From contig OZ024742.1 of NCBI GenBank assembly GCA_964016885.1, positions 168,578,001 through 168,642,000 on the forward strand: DNA of 64,000 nt, written 5' to 3'. The notes below the pieces were generated by a model. It searched no databases, was not told the origin of the DNA, and saw nothing but the letters and a program-made list of their open reading frames with translations. Source of the stretch: Eledone cirrhosa. Taxonomy: Eukaryota. The position numbers were made by a program, and so were the translations under genes. This document shows positions 52,140 through 63,539 of the stretch, in pieces (within the stretch, counting starts at the first letter, position 1; every line of letters starts with the position of its first letter).

Positions 52140-55100
52140 CATTAAAAATCCATTACAAAAATCCATTAAAAAAAATCCATTAAAAAATCCATTAAAAATC
52201 CATTAAAAATCCATTAAAAAATCCATTTAAAAAACCCATTAAAAAAATCCATTTAAAAAATCCATTTAAAAAATCCATTAAAAAAAATCCATTTAAAAAA
52301 CCCATTAAAAAAAATCCATTAAGAAAATCCATTTAAAAAATCCATTAAAAAAAATCCATTAAAAAAAATCCATAAAAAAAAATCCATTAAAAAAAATCCA
52401 TTAAAAAAAAATCCGTTAAAAAAAATCCATTAAAAAAAAATCCGTTAAAAAAAATCCATTAAAAGCTCAATCCCATTAAAAACGCCATAAAAATCATTGA
52501 AATCCAATTAAAGATACATTAAAGGCCCATTAAAAACGCCATAAAAATCCATTAAAAAAATCCATTAAAAAAAACTCAATCAAAAACCCATAAAAGAAAC
52601 ATTAAAACAGCATTTAAAAAATCCATTAAAAATCCATTAAAAAAATCCATTTAAAAAAATCCATAAAAAAATGCATTAAAAATCCATTAAAAATCCATTA
52701 AAAATCCATTAAAAATCCATTAAAAAACCCATTTAAAAAAATCCATTAAAAAAATCCATTAAAAAAATCCATTTAAAAAATCCATTAAAAAAAGCCATTA
52801 AAAAAATCCATTAAAAAAATCAATTAAAAAAAATCCATTAAAAAAATTCCATTAAAAATCCATTTAAAAAATCCATTTAAAAAAATCCATTAACAAATCC
52901 ATTAAAAATCCATTAAAAATCCATTAAAAATCCATTAAAAAATCCATTTAAAAAACCCATTAAAAAAATCCATTAAAAAAATCCATTTAAAAAATCCATT
53001 AAAAAAAATCCATTAAAAAAAACCCATTAAAAAAATCCATTAAAAAAATCCATTTAAAAAATCCATTAAAAAAAATCCATTAAAAAAAATCCATAAAAAA
53101 AATCCATTAAAAAAAATCCATTATAAAAAAAATCCGTTAAAAAAAATCCATTAAAAAAATCCATTAAAAAAAAACCATTAAAAGCTCAATCAAAAACCCA
53201 TTAAAAACGCCATAAAAATCATTAAAATCCCATTAAAGATACATTAAAGGCCCATTAAAAACGCCATAAAAAATCCATTAAAAAAATCCATTAAAAAAAC
53301 TCAATCAAAAACCCATAAAAGAAACATTAAAACATCATTTAAAAAATCCATTAAAAATCCATTAAAAAAATCCATTTAAAAAAATCCATTAAAAAATCCA
53401 TTAAAAATACATTAAAAATCCATTAAAAATCCATTAAAAATCCATTAAAAAATCCATTTAAAAAAATCCATTAAAAAATCCATTTAAAAAATCCATTTAA
53501 AAAATCCATTAAAAAAAATCCATTAAAAAAATCCATTAAAAAATCCATTTAAAAAACCCATTAAAAAAAAATCCATTAAAAAAAATCCATTTAAAAAATC
53601 CATTTAAAAAAATCCATTTAAAAAAACCCATTAAAAAAAATCCATTAAAAAAATCCATTTAAAAAATCCATTAAAAAAAATCCATTAAAAAAATCCATTA
53701 AAAGCTCAATCAAAAACCCATTAAAAACGCCATAAAAAATCATTAAAATCCCATTAAAAATACATTAAAGGCCCATTAAAAACGCCATAAAAAAATCCAT
53801 TAAAAAAATCCATTAAAAAAAAACTCAATCAAAAACACATAAAAGAAACATTAAAACAGCATTTGAAAAATCCATTAAAAATCCATTAAAAAAATCCATT
53901 AAAAAAAATCCATTAAAAAATCCATTAAAAATCCATTAAAAATCCATTAAAAATCCATTAAAAACCCATTAAAAATCCATTAAAAAATCCATTTAAAAAA
54001 CCCATTAAAAAAAATCCATTAAAAAAATCCATTTAAAAAATCCATTAAAAAAAATCCATTTAAAAAAACCCATTAAAAAAAATCCATTAAAAAAATCCAT
54101 TTAAAAAATCCATTAAAAAAAATCCATTAAAAAAAATCCATTACAAAAATCCATTAAAAAAAATCCATTAAAAAATCCATTAAAAATCCATTAAAAATCC
54201 ATTAAAAAATCCATTTAAAAAACCCATTAAAAAAATCCATTTAAAAAATCCATTTAAAAAATCCATTAAAAAAAATCCATTTAAAAAACCCATTAAAAAA
54301 AATCCATTAAGAAAATCCATTTAAAAAATCCATTAAAAAAAATCCATTAAAAAAAATCCATAAAAAAAAATCCATTAAAAAAAATCCATTAAAAAAAAAT
54401 CCGTTAAAAAAAATCCATTAAAAAAAAATCCGTTAAAAAAAATCCATTAAAAGCTCAATCCCATTAAAAACGCCATAAAAATCATTGAAATCCAATTAAA
54501 GATACATTAAAGGCCCATTAAAAACGCCATAAAAATCCATTAAAAAAATCCATTAAAAAAAACTCAATCAAAAACCCATAAAAGAAACATTAAAACAGCA
54601 TTTAAAAAATCCATTAAAAATCCATTAAAAAAATCCATTTAAAAAAATCCATAAAAAAATGCATTAAAAATCCATTAAAAATCCATTAAAAATCCATTAA
54701 AAATCCATTAAAAAACCCATTTAAAAAAATCCATTAAAAAAATCCATTAAAAAAATCCATTTAAAAAATCCATTAAAAAAAGCCATTAAAAAAATCCATT
54801 AAAAAAATCAATTAAAAAAAATCCATTAAAAAAATTCCATTAAAAATCCATTTAAAAAATCCATTTAAAAAAATCCATTAACAAATCCATTAAAAATCCA
54901 TTAAAAATCCATCCATTAAAAAATCCATTTAAAAAACCCATTAAAAAAATCCATTAAAAAAATCCATTTAAAAAATCCATTAAAAAAAATCCATTAAAAA
55001 AAACCCATTAAAAAAATCCATTAAAAAAATCCATTTAAAAAATCCATTAAAAAAAATCCATTAAAAAAAATCCATAAAAAAAATCCATTAAAAAAAATCC

Positions 55101-56110
55101 ATTATAAAAAAAATCCGTTAAAAAAAATCCATTAAAAAAATCCATTAAAAAAAAACCATTAAAAGCTCAATCAAAAACCCATTAAAAACGCCATAAAAAT
55201 CATTAAAATCCCATTAAAGATACATTAAAGGCCCATTAAAAACGCCATAAAAAATCCATTAAAAAAATCCATTAAAAAAACTCAATCAAAAACCCATAAA
55301 AGAAACATTAAAACATCATTTAAAAAATCCATTAAAAATCCATTAAAAAAATCCATTTAAAAAAATCCATTAAAAAATCCATTAAAAATACATTAAAAAT
55401 CCATTAAAAATCCATTAAAAATCCATTAAAAAATCCATTTAAAAAAATCCATTAAAAAATCCATTTAAAAAATCCATTTAAAAAATCCATTAAAAAAAAT
55501 CCATTAAAAAAATCCATTAAAAAATCCATTTAAAAAACCCATTAAAAAAAAATCCATTAAAAAAAATCCATTTAAAAAATCCATTTAAAAAAATCCATTT
55601 AAAAAAACCCATTAAAAAAAATCCATTAAAAAAATCCATTTAAAAAATCCATTAAAAAAAATCCATTAAAAAAATCCATTAAAAGCTCAATCAAAAACCC
55701 ATTAAAAACGCCATAAAAAATCATTAAAATCCCATTAAAAATACATTAAAGGCCCATTAAAAACGCCATAAAAAAATCCATTAAAAAAATCCATTAAAAA
55801 AAAACTCAATCAAAAACACATAAAAGAAACATTAAAACAGCATTTGAAAAATCCATTAAAAATCCATTAAAAAAATCCATTAAAAAAAATCCATTAAAAA
55901 ATCCATTAAAAATCCATTAAAAATCCATTAAAAATCCATTAAAAACCCATTAAAAATCCATTAAAAAATCCATTTAAAAAACCCATTAAAAAAAATCCAT
56001 TAAAAAAATCCATTTAAAAAATCCATTAAAAAAAATCCATTTAAAAAAACCCATTAAAAAAAATCCATTAAAAAAATCCATTTAAAAAATCCATTAAAAA
56101 AAATCCATTA
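52140..56110 (+). repeat. Direct tandem duplication of a ~1.99 kb diverged block (~52140-54128 and ~54129-56110)
   Basis: The private markers TCATTGAAAT, ATGCATT (G at 52673/54661), TAACAAAT, TTATAAAA, ACATCATTT and AGCATTTGAAAA (G at 53865/55846) each occur twice in the same order. Confidence 0.9.
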
Positions 56111-59100
56111 AAAAAAATCCATTAAAAAAATCCATTAAAAAAATCCATTAAAAAAATCCATTAAAAATCCATTAAAAAAATCCATTTAAAAAATCCATTA
56201 AAAAATCCATTAAAAATCCATTAAAAATCCATTAAAAATCCATTAAAAATCCATTAAAAATCCATTAAAAAATCCATTTAAAAAAACCCATTAAAAAAAT
56301 CCATTAAAAAAATCCATTTAAAAAATCCATTAAAAAAAATACATTAAAAAAAAAACCCATTAAAAAAAATCCATTAAAAAAATCCATTTAAAAAATCTAT
56401 TAAAAAAAATCCATTAAAAAAAATCCATTAAAAAATTCATTAAAAATCCATTAAAAATCCATTAAAAATCCATTAAAAATCCATTAAAAAATCCATTAAA
56501 AATCCATTAAAAATCCATTAAAAATCCATTAAAAATCCATTTAAAAAAAATCCATTAGAAAAATCCATTAAAAAAATCCATTAAAAAAAATCCATTAAAA
56601 AAAAATCCATTTAAAAAAATCCATTAAAAAAAATCCGTTAAAAAAAATCCATTAAAAACTCAATCAAAAACCCAATTAAAAGGCCATAAAAGAAACATTA
56701 AAACAGCATTTAAAATACCATTAAAAACGCCATAAAAAATCATTAAAATCCCATTAAAAATACATTAAAGGCCCATTAAAAACGCCATAAAAAATCCATT
56801 AAAAAAAACTCAATCAAAAACCCATAAAAGAAACATTAAAACAGCATTTAAAAAACCCATTAAAAATTCATTTAAAAAATCCATTTAAAAAATCCATTAA
56901 AAAAAATCCGTTAAAAAAAATCCATTAAAAATCCATTAAAAATCCATTAAAAATCCATTAAAAATCCATTAAAAATCCATTAAAAATCCATTAAAAAATC
57001 CATTTAAAAAAATCCATTAAAAAAATCCATTAAAAAAATCCATTAAAAAAATCCATTAAAAAAATCCATTTAAAAAATCCATTAAAAAAATCCATGAAAA
57101 AAAAATCCATTAAAAAAAAAATCCATTAAAAAAAATCAATTTAAAAAAATCCATTAAAAATCCATTAAAAAAAATCTATTTAAAAAAATCCATTAAAAAC
57201 CCATTAAAAATCAATTAAAAATCCATTAAAAATCCATTAAAAAATCCATTTAAAAAACCCATTAAAAAAATCCATTAAAAAATCCATTTAAAAAATCCAT
57301 TAAAAAAAATCCATTAGAAAAAACCCATTAAAAAAAATCCATTAAAAAAATCCATTTAAAAAAATCCATTAAAAAAAATCCATTAAAAAAATCCATAAAA
57401 AAATCCATTAAAAAAATCCATTAAAAAAAATCCATTAAAAAAATCCATTAAAAATCCATTAAAAAAATCCATTAAAAAAAATCCATTTAAAAATCCATTA
57501 AAAACCCATTAAAATCCATTAAAAATCCATTAAAAATCCATTTAAAAAATCCATTAAAAAAAATCCATTAAAAAAACCCATTAAAAAAAATCCATTTAAA
57601 AAATCCATTTAAAAAAATCCATTAAAAAAAATCCATTAAAAAAATCCATAAAAAAATCCATTAAAAAAATCCATTAAAAAAATCCATTAAAAAAATCCAT
57701 TAAAAATCCATTAAAAAAATCCATTTAAAAAAATCCATTTAAAAATCCATTAAAAACCCATTAAAATCCATTAAAAATCCATTAAAAATCCATTAAAAAA
57801 TCCATTTAAAAAACCCATTAAAAAAATCCATTAAAAAAATCCATTTAAAAAATCCATTAAAAAAAATCCATTTAAAAAAACCCATTAAAAAAATCCATTA
57901 AAAAAATCCATTTAAAAAATCCATTAAAAAAAATCCATTAAAAAAAATCCATAAAAAAAATCCATTAAAAAAAATCCATTAAAAAAAAATCCGCTAAAAA
58001 AAATCCATTAAAAAAAAATCCGTTAAAAAAAATCCATTAAAAGCTCAATCAAAAACCCATTAAAAACGCCATAAAAATCATTAAAATCCCATTAAAGATA
58101 CATTAAAGGTCCATTAAAAACGCCATAAAAAATCCATTAAAAAAATCCATTAAAAAAAACTCAATCAAAAACCCATAAAAGAAACATTAAAACAGCATTT
58201 AAAAAATCCATTAAAAATCCATTAAAAAAATCCATTAAAAAAAATCCATTAAAAAATCCATTAAAAATCCATTAAAAATCCATTAAAAATCCATTAAAAA
58301 CCCATTAAAAATCCATTAAAAATCCATTAAAAATCCATTAAAAAATCCATTTAAAAAAATCCATTAAAAAAATCCATTTAAAAAACCCATTACAAAAAAT
58401 CCATTAAAAAAAATCCATTAAAAAAAAAGCCATTAAAAAAATCCATTAAAAAAAATCCGTTAAAAATCCATTAAAAAATCCATTTAAAAAAAATCCATTA
58501 AAAATCCATTAAAAATCCATTAAAAAATCCATTTAAAAAAATCCATTTAAAAAATCCATTTAAAAAACCCATTACAAAAAATCCATTAAAAAAAATCCAT
58601 TAAAAAAACCCATTAAAAAAATCCATTAAAAAAATCCATTTAAAAAATCCATTAAAAAAAATTCATTAAAAAAAAATCCATAAAAAAATCCATTAAAAAA
58701 ATCCATTAAAAAAAAATCCATTAAAAAAAATCCATTAAAAATCCATTAAAAAAATCCATTTAAAAAAATCGATTAAAAAATCCATTAAAAAACCCATTAA
58801 AAATCCATTAAAAATCCATTAAAAATCCATTAAAAATCCATTTAAAAAACCCATTAAAAAAATCCATTTAAAAAATCCATTAAAAAAAACCATTAAAAAA
58901 AACCCATTAAAAAAATCCATTTAAAAAATCCATTAAAAAAAACCATTAAAAAAAACCCATTAAAAAAAATCCATTAAAAAAATCCATTAAAAAAATCCAT
59001 TAAAAAAAATCCGTTAAAAAAAATCCATTAAAAATCCATTAAAAAATCCATTAAAAAAATCCATTAAAAAAAATCCATTAAAAAAATCCATTTAAAAAAT

Positions 59101-61871
59101 CCATTAAAAAAAATCCATTAAAAAAAACCCATTAAAAAAAAATCCATTAAAAAAATCCATTTAAAAAATCCATTAAAAAAATCCATTAAAAAAAATCCAT
59201 AAAAAAATCCATTAAAAAAAGTCCATTAAAAATCAATTAAAAAAACCCATTAAAAAAATCCATTAAAAAATCCATTAAAAACCCATTAAAAATCCATTAA
59301 AAATCCATTAAAAAATCCATTTAAAAAACCCATTAAAAAAATCCATTAAAAAAATCCATTTATAAAATCCATTAAAAAATCCATTAAAAAAAATCCCATT
59401 AAAAAAAAATCCATTAAAAAAATCCATTTAAAAAATCCATTAAAAAAATCCATTAAAAAAAATCCATAAAAAAATCCATTAAAAAAAGTCCATTAAAAAT
59501 CCATTAAAAAAATCCATTTAAAAAAATCCATTTAAAAATCCATTAAAAACCCATTAAAAATCCATTAAAAATCCATTAAAAATCCATTAAAAATCCATTT
59601 AAAAAAATCCATTAAAAAAATCCATTAAAAAATCCATTTAATAAATCCATTAAAAAAAATCCATTAAAAAAAACTCAATCAAAAACCCATAAAAGAAACA
59701 TTAAAACAGCATTTAAAAAACCCATTAAAAATTCATTAAAAAAATCCATTTGAAAAATCCATTAAAAATCCATTAAAAATCCATTAAAAATCCATTTAAA
59801 ATCCATTAAAAATCCATTTAAAAAAATCCATTAAAAAAATCCATTAAAAAATCCATTTAATATATCCATTAAAAAAAATCCATTAAAAAAAACTCAATCA
59901 AAAACCCATAAAAGAAACATTAAAACAGCATTTAAAAAATCCATTAAAAAAATCCATTTAAAAAAATCCATTAAAAAATATATTAAAAATCCAATAAAAA
60001 TCCATTAAAAATCCATTAAAAAGCCATTAAAAATCCATTAAAAATCCATTAAAAATCCATTAAAAATCCATTAAAAATCCATTTAAAAATCCATTTAAAA
60101 AAATCCATTAAAAAAATCCATTAAAAAAAACCATTTAAAAAATCCATTAAAAAAAATCCATTAAAAAAAAATCCATTAAAAAAAAAATCCATTAAAAAAA
60201 ATCAATTAAAAAAAATCCATTAAAAATCCATTAAAAAATCCATTTAAAAAATCCATTAAAAACCCATTAAAAATCCATTAAAAATCCAATAAAAATCCAT
60301 TTAAAAAACCCATTAAAAAAAATCCATTAAAAAAATCCATTTAAAAAATCCATTAAAAAAAATCCATTAAAAAAAACCCATTAAAAAAAAATCCATTAAA
60401 AAGATCCATTTAAAAAATCCATTAAAAAAATCCATTAAAAAAAATCCATAAAAAAATCCATTAAAAAAAATCCATTAAAAAAAAATCCATTAAAAATCCA
60501 TTAAAAAAATCCATTTAAAAAAATCCATTAAAAAATCCATTAAAAACCCATTAAAAATCCATTAAAAATCCATTAAATAAATCCATTTAAAAAATCCATT
60601 AAAAAAAATCCATTTAAAAAACCCATTAAAAAAAATCCATTAAAAAAATCCATTTAAAAAATCCATTAAAAAAAATCCATAAAAAAATCCATTAAAAAAA
60701 ATCCATTAAAAAAAAATCCGTTAAAAATAATCCATTAAAAATCCATTAAAAATCCATTAAAAATCCATTAAAAATCCATTAAAAATCCATTAAAAATCCA
60801 TTAAAAAATCCATTTAAAAAAATCCATTAAAAAAATCCATTAAAAAAATCAATTTAAAAAATCCATTAAAAAAAATCCATTAAAAAAAATCAATTTAAAA
60901 AAATCCATTAAAAATCCATTAAAAAAATCCATTTAAAAAAATCCATTAAAAACCCATTAAAAATCCATTAAAAATCCATTAAAAATCCATTTAAAAAACC
61001 CATTAAAAAAAATCCATTAAAAAAATCCATTTAAAAAATCCATAAAAAAAAATCCATTAAAAAAACCCATTAAAAAAAATCCATTAAAAAATCCATTTAA
61101 AAAATCCATTAAAAATACATTAAAGGCCCATTTTAAAATCCATTTAAAAAAATCCATTAAAAAAATCCATTAAAAAATCCATTTAAAAAATCCATTTAAA
61201 AAAATCCATTAAAAAAAATCCATTTAAAAAATCCATTAAAAAATCCATTTAAAAAATCCATTAAAAAAAATCCATTAAAAAATCCATTAAAAATCCATTT
61301 AAAAAAATCCATTAAAAAAAGCCATTAAAAAATCCATTAAAAATCCATTAAAAATCCATTAAAAATCCATTTAAAAACCCATTAAAAAATCCATTTAAAA
61401 AATCCATTTAAAAAATCCATTAAAAAAAATCCATTTAAAAAAACCCATTAAAAAAAATCCATTAAAAAAATCCATTTAAAAAATCCATTAAAAAAAATCC
61501 ATTAAAAAAAATCCATAAAAAAAATCCATTAAAAAAAATCCATTAAAAAAAAATCCGTTAAAAAAATCCATTAAAAACTCAATCAAAAACCAAATTAAAA
61601 GGCCATAAAAGAAACATTAAAACAGCATTTAAAATACCATTAAAAACGCCATAAAAAATCATTAAAATCCCATTAAAAATACATTAAAGGCCCATTAAAA
61701 ACGCCATAAAAAATCCATTAAAAAAAATCCATTAAAAAAAATCCATTAAAAAAAAATCCGTTAAAAAAATCCATTAAAAACTCAATCAAAAACCCAATTA
61801 AAAGGCCAGAAAAGAAACATTAAAATAGCATTTAAAATACCATTAAAAACGCCATAAAAAATCATTAAAAT

Positions 61872-61927
61872 TGTTTTTTATGAAATTTATAATATGGCTT
61901 TTAATGAACTTTTTAATGGGCTTTTAG
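61872..61927 (-). repeat. Inverted 56-bp segment, copy 18 (GAACT allele)
   Basis: Identical string; the host cassette has private GGCCAGA and AAATAGC variants. Confidence 0.95.
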
Positions 61928-63483
61928 AATCATTAAAATCCCATTAAAAATACATTAAAGGCCCATTAAAAACGCCATAAAAAATCCATTAAAAAAAATC
62001 CATTAAAAAAAAATTCAATCAAAAACCCATAAAAGAAACATTAAAACAGCATTTAAAAAACCCATTAAAAATTCATTAAAAAAATCCATTTAAAAAATCC
62101 ATTAAAAATCCATTAAAAATCCATTAAAAATCCATTAAAAATCCATTAAAAATCCATTAAAAAAATCCATTAAAAAAATCCATTAAAAAATCCATTTAAA
62201 AATCCATTAAAAAAAATCCATTAAAAAAAACTCAATCAAAAACCCATAAAAGAAACATTAAAACAGCATTTAAAAAAGCCATTAAAAAAAATCCATTTAA
62301 AAAAATCCATTAAAAAAGCCATTAAAAATACATTAAAAATCCATTAAAAATCCATTAAAAATCCATTAAAAATCCATTAAAAATCCATTAAAAATCCATT
62401 AAAAAATCCATTTAAAAAAATCCATTAAAAAAATCCATTAAAAAAATCCATTTAAAAAATCCATTTAAAAAATCCATTTAAAAAATCCATTAAAAAAAAT
62501 CCATTAAAAAAAATCCATAAAAAAAATCCATTAAAAAAATCCATTAAAAAAAATCCGTTAAAAAAAATCCATTAAAAATCCATTAAAAATCCATTAAAAA
62601 TCCATTAAAAATCCATTAAAAAATCCATTTAAAAAAATCCATTAAAAAAAATCCATTAAAAAAATCCATTTAAAAAATCCATTAAAAAAATCCATGAAAA
62701 AAAAATCCATTAAAAAAAAAATCCATTAAAAAAAATCAATTTAAAAAAATCCATTAAAAATCCATTAAAAAAAATCCATTTAAAAAAATCCATTAAAAAC
62801 CCATTAAAAATCAATTAAAAATCCATTAAAAATCCATTAAAAAATCCATTTAAAAAACCCATTAAAAAAATCCATTAAAAAAATCCATTTAAAAAATCCA
62901 TTAAAAAAAATCCATTAGAAAAAACCCATTAAAAAAAATCCATTAAAAAAATCCATTTAAAAAAATCCATTAAAAAAAATCCATTAAAAAAATCCATAAA
63001 AAAATCCATTAAAAAAATCCATTAAAAAAAATCCATTAAAAAAATCCATTAAAAATCCATTAAAAAAAATCCATTAAAAAAATCCATTTAAAAAAATCCA
63101 TTAAAAAAAATCCATTAAAAAAATCCATAAAAAAAATCCATTAAAAAAAATCCATTAAAAAAAAATCCGTTAAAAAAATCCATTAAAAACTCAATCAAAA
63201 ACCAAATTAAAAGGCCATAAAAGAAACATTAAAACAGCATTTAAAATACCATTAAAAACGCCATAAAAAATCATTAAAATCCCATTAAAAATACATTAAA
63301 GGCCCATTAAAAACGCCATAAAAAATCCATTAAAAAAAATCCATTAAAAAAAATCCATTAAAAAAAAATCCGTTAAAAAAATCCATTAAAAACTCAATCA
63401 AAAACCCAATTAAAAGGCCAGAAAAGAAACATTAAAATAGCATTTAAAATACCATTAAAAACGCCATAAAAAATCATTAAAAT

Positions 63484-63539
63484 TGTTTTTTATGAAATTT
63501 ATAATATGGCTTTTAATGAACTTTTTAATGGGCTTTTAG
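63484..63539 (-). repeat. Inverted 56-bp segment, copy 19 (GAACT allele)
   Basis: Identical string; same private cassette variants as copy 18. Confidence 0.95.
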
